Of a stretch of 64,000 bases of DNA, positions 19,738 to 27,297 are shown piece by piece. The stretch's first letter is position 1; each line of letters starts with the position of its first letter. The stretch is from an uncultured Chloroflexia bacterium (GTDB taxonomy: Bacteria; Chloroflexota; Anaerolineae; CG2-30-64-16). The notes under the pieces are model-generated. The model was not told the origin of the DNA. It saw nothing but the letters and a program-made list of their open reading frames with translations, and searched no databases. The translations under genes were made by a program, and so were the position numbers. The stretch is from the NCBI GenBank assembly GCA_963774265.1, contig CAVZDU010000001.1, positions 1,312,001-1,376,000 of the forward strand, given 5' to 3'.

Positions 19738-21366
19738 TTAATAGGCGCCTTTGCCGCTGAAGACCGCCGGAAGGGTGCGCAAGATAATCTCCACATCACG
19801 TCCGACTGAATAGCGGTCGATGTACTGCAGCTCCAGCCGCAGCCGCTCATCGAACGGCAAATCACCCCGGCCGCTCACCTGCATTGGGCCCGTCATCCCC
19901 GGCTTCACTGCCAGCCGGCGGCGCTGGTCATCTGTGTACCGGGCCACGACTGCAGCCTCCTCGGGCCGCGGCCCTACCAGGCTCATCTCTCCAGCGAGCA
20001 CATTGAATAACTGGGGTAACTCGTCCAGGCTCCACCGCCGCAGGAACCTGCCGGCGCGGGTCACGCGCGGATCGTTGGGGATTTTGAAGGCGGGCGTGGT
20101 CAGCGCGTCCAGGTCGACTAATTCTGGCAGCACTGCTTCCGCATTACTCACCATCGTGCGAAATTTTAGGATGCGGAAGGGCGCCCCCTTCTGACCGATG
20201 CGAATCTGTCGAAAGAGCGCCGGGCCTGGAGAATCGATCCTGATGACCACGGCTATGATGGCCATGGGCAGTGCAAATAGTGCCAGGGTCGCCAGGGCGC
20301 CGACGAGATCGAGCATCCGTTTTGCCACGCGTTGCATGACGGAGAGAGCGGGCCGGGGCTCGGCAGCCCGGCGGCGGAAACGCACCAATCCGACAGCAAA
20401 GCCGACGCCGAGCGCCAAGGCGCGCACCCAAACCAGACCGATCGCTGCAGGCAGCGCAGAGAGATCACGGCGAGCAATTTTTGAAAGGAGGGGCAGGGCG
20501 GTAAGCTCGAAGGTGACGAACGACAGCAGTGCCGTCATTAGCCCAGGCCACCAGGCGCGGCGGATGACTGAACTTGCCACCGCAGTCACTATCAGAGCAG
20601 TGAGGCCAACGGCGGCCAGGAGCAATTGCGCCTTAAGCGACTCGGGTGTGTGTGAGTCATTGGCCACCTGGGTCGGGTGCTGCCGCGTCACCCGCACCTT
20701 CCACATGCCGATCCTGAACTTGCGCCGGATGTACTGGGCCAGCGTTTGGTTATGCTGATGGTAAACATGGGCTGCTGGCACAAAGACCAGCTTGTACCCT
20801 TTTTCCGCCAGGCGGAAGGAGAACTCCTGGTCTTCGTCGATGAGGAAACTGCTGTCAAAGCCACCATTGAGCAGGAAAATGTCGCGACGGTAAGCCGCGC
20901 TGTAAGTGTCGATGAAATCGATGCGCTCTGAACCCGCCATCCGGTCGTAACGGTCTTCGTACTCAAGTTGCGTAAAGCGGGCGACAAGATCGCGCTGCCT
21001 GGTGAGGTAGGCGCCCTTTGCGCCGGCAACTTCGCTATCCGTAAAGGGGGTGCTGAGCGCCTCGATCCAGCCGGGGATCGGCGCGCAATCGGCATCGGTG
21101 AAGAGCAGGAGCTCGCCGCGGCCGGCAGCTGCGCCGCGATTGCGCGCGGTCGCCGCGCCGGCATGAGGTTGGACGATGGTTGTGACGCCTGCTGCACGCG
21201 CTACGCCCGCCGTCTCGTCGGTCGAGCCATCATCGATGACGATGACTTCGTAGTCTTCGTGACGGATGGTTTGTTCGGAGAGGGCGGCCAGGCACGCAGG
21301 CAAAGTGTCAGCGGCCTGATATGCCGGCACGATCACCGAGAAGCGTGGCGTCTCAGGGTCGCTCAT
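19738..21366 (-). CDS. fusion of a GT2 glycosyltransferase and a bacterial sugar transferase (priming phosphoglycosyl transferase)
   Basis: SVIVPAY, DDGSTD and FTDADC, then TM helices, then KRMLD, KFRTM, DPRVTRAG, SLDELPQLFNVLAGEMSLVGPRP and KPGMTG. Confidence 0.88.
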   Translation of the reverse strand: MSDPETPRFSVIVPAYQAADTLPACLAALSEQTIRHEDYEVIVIDDGSTDETAGVARAAGVTTIVQPHAGAATARNRGAAAGRGELLLFTDADCAPIPGWIEALSTPFTDSEVAGAKGAYLTRQRDLVARFTQLEYEDRYDRMAGSERIDFIDTYSAAYRRDIFLLNGGFDSSFLIDEDQEFSFRLAEKGYKLVFVPAAHVYHQHNQTLAQYIRRKFRIGMWKVRVTRQHPTQVANDSHTPESLKAQLLLAAVGLTALIVTAVASSVIRRAWWPGLMTALLSFVTFELTALPLLSKIARRDLSALPAAIGLVWVRALALGVGFAVGLVRFRRRAAEPRPALSVMQRVAKRMLDLVGALATLALFALPMAIIAVVIRIDSPGPALFRQIRIGQKGAPFRILKFRTMVSNAEAVLPELVDLDALTTPAFKIPNDPRVTRAGRFLRRWSLDELPQLFNVLAGEMSLVGPRPEEAAVVARYTDDQRRRLAVKPGMTGPMQVSGRGDLPFDERLRLELQYIDRYSVGRDVEIILRTLPAVFSGKGAY

Positions 21367-22435
21367 GGCCGGTATCCTGCGCCTGGGCATTCAGAGCCCG
21401 GTCATCGTCGCTGAGACCGGCTGCACGTCGTAGTGAGTGCAAGGTGATAGCCTCACCGAGCCGCCAGAGTCGATTCCACAACGCCACACTGCCCATAAGC
21501 ACCGGGGGTCCGACAAGGACGACGTTTAGCACCGTGCCAAGCGCAAGGCCGAGCGTCTGATTCACCCCAAACGCCGATAAGACAGCCACCGCCACGGCGC
21601 CCACCACGCCGATCATAGCCGGCGGAGTCGGCATCCAATTGCTGGTGGTGAGGGCAAGCATGAGCGCCAATCCAGCGCCCCATCCGAGTCGGAGGTCGAA
21701 CGCCAAGAGCATGATCTGGACTGTGAGCAGCGATAGCAACCATATGCCGGCAGTAAGCGCTGCCACGCGTCCGAGTTGTTTGCCTCGTAAAGACCCCATG
21801 CTCGTCAAGACTGCAATAATCCCGCGCCGGACCTTTCCCAGCCAGAGCGCCCATCGCTTGTTTGCTGGCTCGGGGATGCGAGCAAGCAGGTCCATTAAGA
21901 AACCCTGGAATCGCCCCACAGCAACCAGCATGAGGAAGACCGCACCGCCCAAGAGCAGCCCTCCAGTGCCAACGTGTGTCTGGAATGATGCGGGGGCGAG
22001 AACCAACGGCACGCCCAACAGGACAATCAGTCCCACGGCCAGGAGGTCAAGGGCTTTTTCAACCACGATCGTGCCAAAGGTGACGGCAACCTGTCGCCCT
22101 TCCTGGCGCATCAGTCCGAGGCGGGCCAGTTCACCCAGACGAACCGGCACCACCAGGTTGAGCATTTGGCTGATCATCAGGATGGCGAAGTGCGTTGACC
22201 AGGGGCGGGATGGGATAGCGCTTCCGTAAAGCCACTGCCAGCGCAGCGCTTTACTGACAGCAACTAGGAAGACGCAGGCCGTCGCAAGGAACACCAGGGG
22301 AAGTGAAAGAGTCGTGATCTCAGCGCCAAGCGCGGTCAGATTGGCGCCGCGCAACGACAACCACAGGCAGACCACGCCGACGAGCAGCGCTCCCGCCACT
22401 TGAAGGGAGGTGGTGCGCGTCCTTCCTTTGGTCAT
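21353..22435 (-). CDS. lysylphosphatidylglycerol-synthase TM / UPF0104 flippase-like membrane protein
   Basis: ALRWQWL, NLVVPVRLGELAR, TIVVEKALD, PTPPAMIGV. Confidence 0.8.
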   Translation of the reverse strand: MTKGRTRTTSLQVAGALLVGVVCLWLSLRGANLTALGAEITTLSLPLVFLATACVFLVAVSKALRWQWLYGSAIPSRPWSTHFAILMISQMLNLVVPVRLGELARLGLMRQEGRQVAVTFGTIVVEKALDLLAVGLIVLLGVPLVLAPASFQTHVGTGGLLLGGAVFLMLVAVGRFQGFLMDLLARIPEPANKRWALWLGKVRRGIIAVLTSMGSLRGKQLGRVAALTAGIWLLSLLTVQIMLLAFDLRLGWGAGLALMLALTTSNWMPTPPAMIGVVGAVAVAVLSAFGVNQTLGLALGTVLNVVLVGPPVLMGSVALWNRLWRLGEAITLHSLRRAAGLSDDDRALNAQAQDTGHERP

Positions 22436-22437
22436 CG

Positions 22438-23004
22438 CTAAAGCAAGGTCTCCTCCCGCCCTCGTTGGCGACGGCGCACGAGGAACCAGGTGATCAGGAC
22501 AATCATCAGCAGCACCAACACCGCCGTGAGGGAGGGCAGCAGTACAGCGGTGAGTGCGGTCACACCAGACACAACATCTTCGGCAACACTGACCACGGGA
22601 TTACCGATTCCGGCAGTGGTCGCCGTGATCACCGGCCGCACACTCGCCTTCACTGCATGCACCCCGCCGGCGACCAGCAGCCCCAGGATCATTGCGAGGA
22701 CCGGGCTCATTTCGCTGATCACGTTTCCGCTGGCCGCGAAGAAGATCGCGCCGGCGGTGGGCCGGACAACCGTCTGGATCACGTCGTTGACCGAATCCAC
22801 AGCTGGGATCTTATCAGCCGCCATCTCGATGACGAGCAACACGCCCAGAACGCCGAGCACCCAGGGGTTCTCCAGGGTGTTCCACGGGGTGCTGAGCGTG
22901 ATAAGGTCCGTGAAGCGCGCCAACAGGCCGACGATCAACAGCGGCAGGTAGGCATTGAGACCTGTCGCGGCTGATAAGCCGAAGGCTGCAAGGACTTCGA
23001 TCAT
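22438..23004 (-). CDS. DUF4126-type membrane protein
   Basis: GLNAYLPLL, EMAADKIPAVDSVND, RPTAGA, NPVVSVAED. Confidence 0.8.
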   Translation of the reverse strand: MIEVLAAFGLSAATGLNAYLPLLIVGLLARFTDLITLSTPWNTLENPWVLGVLGVLLVIEMAADKIPAVDSVNDVIQTVVRPTAGAIFFAASGNVISEMSPVLAMILGLLVAGGVHAVKASVRPVITATTAGIGNPVVSVAEDVVSGVTALTAVLLPSLTAVLVLLMIVLITWFLVRRRQRGREETLL

Positions 23005-23031
23005 CGTCGTACTCCCGACCCCTGATTGGCA

Positions 23032-23727
23032 TTATTCTACAGGCGTAACACTGTACTTTCCGATCTGGCCAAACAGGTGCGCCTGGACCAGGTATTGCCA
23101 GAGCATGGCGAACGGAACCGTGATCAAGACGCCGCATACGAGCGCCACGAGACCCAGGAGGGCCAGCACCGAGGCGACCGCACCGACGACGAGGAGCAGC
23201 AGGAGCGCGATGATCACGTTGCCGATATTGTCACGCGTGAACGCCCACATGCGGCCGAACTCAAACGCGGACGAGAAGCGGTCCGTTGCAGCGATACGCA
23301 CGTAGATCGCCGGCGTGAGCAGCGTGACGAACAGGGCCCACAGGAACAGCAGACACCCGCCGCACACCATGATCGTGATGCCGATTGCTTCGCTGCCAGT
23401 GCCCTGGTCGGTCATTGCGCCGCCGATGGCCAGTGGAATCGAAAGCAGAATCGCGGGCAGGGACCATACAAAGATCGCTGCACACAGCTTGAACCCACGG
23501 CTGAGGAAGCCTCCCCAGTCTTCCCACTCGGGGAGCGGGTGTTCGCGGCCAGCCATCACATTGCGAATGACATCCACAGTGTAGCCTAGCAACATGATGA
23601 GCGGGACGATCCCAATCAAAACCGGGCTTAGCAGAATGCCCACGAAGCCGACCATCGTCCCGATGCCCAACTTCTTGAGCCAGTCGGGATCCTCGAACAT
23701 GAACGTGAAGGCCTTGCCGAAATCCAT
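23032..23727 (-). CDS. DUF4013-type membrane protein
   Basis: MDFGKAFTFMFEDPDW, GY..VIRNV, LPEWEDWG; AAGGAGG RBS. Confidence 0.8.
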   Translation of the reverse strand: MDFGKAFTFMFEDPDWLKKLGIGTMVGFVGILLSPVLIGIVPLIMLLGYTVDVIRNVMAGREHPLPEWEDWGGFLSRGFKLCAAIFVWSLPAILLSIPLAIGGAMTDQGTGSEAIGITIMVCGGCLLFLWALFVTLLTPAIYVRIAATDRFSSAFEFGRMWAFTRDNIGNVIIALLLLLVVGAVASVLALLGLVALVCGVLITVPFAMLWQYLVQAHLFGQIGKYSVTPVE

Positions 23728-23874
23728 GATGTCCTCCTTGAAGAATGCATGGCCGTAGCTGACGGTCAATACCCATCAAAACGATAGCACTAAAACGTTC
23801 CTGTCGCGTGGCATGTGGCGGACGTCTGCCTGACCGTTGCGCGACAGCCGTATCATACCATAGCCCCGCCGATC

Positions 23875-24678
23875 CTAGAACGGCAGGCCGAAGCGCGCGG
23901 TTAACGCGTCGCGTCCAATTCCGATCAGGGTAATTTCGCCCAGTGCGAGGGCAAGCCCGATCAGAAGTGGGATGATGATCTCTCGCCCGTGTTCGGCGCG
24001 GCCTTCGCGGTGTATGCTGGCCAGATAGAACATGGCGTTCAGCAAACCCAACAAGGCCGGGATCATCACGCCGCTGAGCAACGCGAGGGGATATAGCAGC
24101 GCGTCCAGATCACTGCCGACCGTCGCGACGACCAGTCCGCCGCCTGCGAGCAGCCAGGCCAGGTCTCGCCAGTTCCCGATGCTGCGTTGAGGGTCGGGCC
24201 GGCGCCACAGCGTCATGTTCCATGCCGGCAGGAGCACCGCGGCAACTGCAATGCCTTCCAGCGTGCCGGTCAGAAGGCGCAGCCGGTTGCTCGGCTCGTA
24301 CAGGTGAGGCAAATCCATCAAGTTCAGGAAGGAGTTGATCCCATCGGCGGACCAGGCCAGCATGAAGACGGAGAGCATCAGGAGTTGTGGGCGCGCAGGG
24401 AACCGACCGGTCTTGGCGCGGCCACGAAGGGCAAGCACGGCCAATCCTGCGAACGCACCCAGGTACGTCCCACTACACCGCGCGCATAACGGAAGCTGCC
24501 TGCCGCCGATCACGAAGCTGTGGTCGGTGATGCGGTGACAGACCGCATAGGCCGCGCGATCTGCTTTATCCAGCAGGCCGTGTGGCCCGAACGACATGAG
24601 CAGGACAATTGCCACCAGGGCCAGACCGGCCAAGGCGGCGTCTATTCGCGGCGTGGAGCGTAAAGAGGGCGCGGTCAT
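23875..24678 (-). CDS. DUF2085-type membrane protein
   Basis: VCHRITDHSF, QLPLCARCSGTYLG, DGINS, LRLLTG. Confidence 0.8.
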   Translation of the reverse strand: MTAPSLRSTPRIDAALAGLALVAIVLLMSFGPHGLLDKADRAAYAVCHRITDHSFVIGGRQLPLCARCSGTYLGAFAGLAVLALRGRAKTGRFPARPQLLMLSVFMLAWSADGINSFLNLMDLPHLYEPSNRLRLLTGTLEGIAVAAVLLPAWNMTLWRRPDPQRSIGNWRDLAWLLAGGGLVVATVGSDLDALLYPLALLSGVMIPALLGLLNAMFYLASIHREGRAEHGREIIIPLLIGLALALGEITLIGIGRDALTARFGLPF

Positions 24679-24740
24679 ATGCAGGTATTATACCGCGTTA
24701 TTGTTTCACCTTTATTGCGCCGTTCGGAGCAAATTAAGAT

Positions 24741-24769
24741 TTGCGTTACGCCAGGAGACATGCTAGAAT
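24741..24769 (+). promoter_or_regulatory. promoter upstream of the sugar ABC ATPase
   Basis: TTGCGT-17 nt-TAGAAT with extended TG. Confidence 0.5.
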
Positions 24770-25115
24770 CGATGCACCTGCCGTCCCGGTGAAACGCGGT
24801 CAGGCGTTTGTCTGGGCCGGAATTGTCTCCTGTCAGGAGCCTTGATTTTTCTTCTCATAGTGGAGGTGTATCAAGGAAACCGAACCCAATCCTCTCATTC
24901 ACCTATTGATCTGTCATGTAGCCACGGCAGAGCGGTCACGGCGTTAGCGCCCGAGATGCTCGCAACGACCCGGTCTTGGCCATTGGATGTGTGGAGGCTC
25001 GGCCTAGCCTTCCAATCGGGGACGACGATCACTCGACCGAACAGTTCTGTTTGCCCTGGCTGAGTCTGATATCGCTCAATCAATCTGTCACAAAGCACAA
25101 GGAGTAAACACACCC

Positions 25116-26225
25116 ATGGCCAGTGTAACCTTTGACCACATCTACAAGCGCTACGGCGATGTGATCGCCGTGAATGACCTCGATCTTTCTATCGCGGATA
25201 AGGAATTCCTGGTGTTCGTCGGCCCTTCGGGCTGCGGCAAAACCACCAGCCTTCGTCTTCTCGCGGGCCTCGAAGAGATCTCCGATGGCCGCATCCTGAT
25301 CGGCGACCGCGTTGTGAATGACGTGCCGCCCAAAGACCGCGATATCGCCATGGTGTTCCAGAGCTATGCGCTCTACCCACACATGAGCGTGTACGACAAC
25401 ATGGCGTTCGGCCTGAAGCTGCGCAAGACCCCGAAGGCCGAAATCGACAAGAAAGTCAAGGAAGCCGCTGAAGTTCTGGGCATCGGGCAGTACCTCGATC
25501 GCAAGCCGAAGCAGCTTTCCGGTGGTCAGCGCCAACGCGTTGCGGTGGGCCGCGCCATCGTCCGCAACCCGAAGGTCTTCCTGTTCGATGAGCCATTGTC
25601 CAACCTGGACGCCAAGCTGCGCGTCGAGACGCGTGCCGACATCAGCAAACTGCATATGAGCCTGGGCACCACCTTCATCTACGTGACCCATGACCAGGTT
25701 GAGGCCATGACCATGGCCTCTCGTATCGCGGTCATGAAGGATGGCCTACTCCAGCAGATCGATACGCCACAGCATCTCTACGATCATCCCACGAACATCT
25801 TCGTCGCCGGCTTCATCGGCAGCCCGTCGATGAACTTCTTCGAGGTGACCCTGGTCGAGCAAGATGGCAAGCTGTTCGTCGACGGTGGCACGTTCAAACT
25901 GGCGGTGCCGGAAACGAAGAAGGCCGACTACCTGCCGCACAAGGGCAAGAAGGTCATCTTCGGCGTCCGCCCCGAGGACATCCATACCAAGGGCTTCGAG
26001 GCGCCAGGCATCACCCCCGCGCCCATGACGGCGCAAGTCGATGTTTCCGAGTTGATGGGCAACGAAATCTTTCTTTACCTGGTTACCGGGAAGAAGCAGT
26101 TTGTTGCCCGTGTTGATCCGCGCACCCATGCCCGCGTCGGCGAGACGATCGAAATGAACATCAATATGGACAACATGCACCTGTTCGATCCGCAGACCGA
26201 GAAAACGCTGGATGTGGAACACTAA
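25116..26225 (+). CDS. MsmX/MalK/UgpC-type sugar ABC transporter ATPase (orphan)
   Basis: GPSGCGKT, MVFQSYALYPHM, LSGGQRQR, DEPLSNLDAKLR, C-terminal TOBE-like region. Confidence 0.93.
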   Translation: MASVTFDHIYKRYGDVIAVNDLDLSIADKEFLVFVGPSGCGKTTSLRLLAGLEEISDGRILIGDRVVNDVPPKDRDIAMVFQSYALYPHMSVYDNMAFGLKLRKTPKAEIDKKVKEAAEVLGIGQYLDRKPKQLSGGQRQRVAVGRAIVRNPKVFLFDEPLSNLDAKLRVETRADISKLHMSLGTTFIYVTHDQVEAMTMASRIAVMKDGLLQQIDTPQHLYDHPTNIFVAGFIGSPSMNFFEVTLVEQDGKLFVDGGTFKLAVPETKKADYLPHKGKKVIFGVRPEDIHTKGFEAPGITPAPMTAQVDVSELMGNEIFLYLVTGKKQFVARVDPRTHARVGETIEMNINMDNMHLFDPQTEKTLDVEH

Positions 26226-26276
26226 GAGGACATGAAGCAGGCGCGCTCCTGTGTGAGCGCCTGAATCGGAACGGCC

Positions 26277-26312
26277 GCAGGGGCGCCCACATTGGGGGCG
26301 CCCCTGCCTTTG
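26277..26312. terminator. GC-rich hairpin between convergent genes
   Basis: gcaggggcgccc/gggcgcccctgc 12-bp stem followed by ctttg. Confidence 0.65.
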
Positions 26313-26322
26313 TGGGGGAAGG

Positions 26323-26889
26323 CTAGAGGGCCAGCTCTTCGGCGCGGTCCATCAATACGGTCGCTTCTGCAGCTTCGCCAGTAGCCGCGGCAGCTTCTTC
26401 GGCGCTCATCTTGTGGATGGTGGCCGGATCGGCTTTGTCGATGAACAGCACACCGTCCAGATGGTCGATCTCGTGCTGGAAGATGCGCGCCAGGTAGTCA
26501 TATGCTTTGATTCGCTGAGGCCGACCAAATGCGTCCTGCCCGCGCACCAGGATCTCAACGTGCCGATCCACTTCGCCGAGGTAGCCGGGGATCGAAAGGC
26601 AACCTTCTTCGCCCGCTTCGGTTTCGCGCGAGACCTTGACGATCTCTGGATTCACATAGGCGTACAATTCGGCCGGCAGTCCTTCTTCCTCATCCGCAGG
26701 CAGTTCCAGCACGATGATCCGCTCTCCGATATTCACCTGGGGCGCAGCGAGCCCGACGCCGGGCGCCGCGCGCATTGTTTCAACCATGTCATCGATCAAC
26801 TGCTTGAGCTCGGGACCGAATCTGGTCACTTTGCGTGCTTTTTGCCGTAACGTAGGATGCCCAAGCGTTATGATTTCTCGAATCGCCAT
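26323..26889 (-). CDS. def: peptide deformylase
   Basis: GVGLAAPQ, EGCLS, QHEIDHLDG; ATG at 26889. Confidence 0.96.
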   Translation of the reverse strand: MAIREIITLGHPTLRQKARKVTRFGPELKQLIDDMVETMRAAPGVGLAAPQVNIGERIIVLELPADEEEGLPAELYAYVNPEIVKVSRETEAGEEGCLSIPGYLGEVDRHVEILVRGQDAFGRPQRIKAYDYLARIFQHEIDHLDGVLFIDKADPATIHKMSAEEAAAATGEAAEATVLMDRAEELAL

Positions 26890-26925
26890 GCGTATCGCCC
26901 CCTGATTTCTCAACAAATCAGTATA

Positions 26926-26954
26926 ATTATATCGCTGAGAGTAGGATGTGTCAA
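26926..26954 (-). promoter_or_regulatory. consensus sigma70 promoter of def
   Basis: Perfect TTGACA-17 nt-TATAAT on the minus strand. Confidence 0.8.
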
Positions 26955-26975
26955 CGTCTCTACCCAAGATGTAAT

Positions 26976-27004
26976 TTGCGGCGCAATAGTAACCTGCGTA
27001 TAAT
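26976..27004 (+). promoter_or_regulatory. promoter of the BMP ABC operon
   Basis: TTGCGG-17 nt-TATAAT. Confidence 0.6.
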
Positions 27005-27297
27005 ATAGGTGGCTATGGCGGGCGCGTCAGGATGAGCTGGCGTTGCCAAACTACAGGCCGCAACCTGCCGTGCCACGGTGGTTTTTTCCCGTAGCACAAG
27101 GACTGACGCACGTTCCTCATTGTATCCCAGTAAGCAGTATGGCGCTGGTGAGCTCTCACCGAAAGGAGGTGTTTGTCCACTCGGATGGCAGGGCGTCCGT
27201 GGTTTAGCCTATCAGCGCTGCGTTCCTCTGCCAAGTTTTGTCCTCTGCCCGAATTTCGGTTTTCCACATAAGTTTCAGTTAGGAGGAGATTAAAGTC

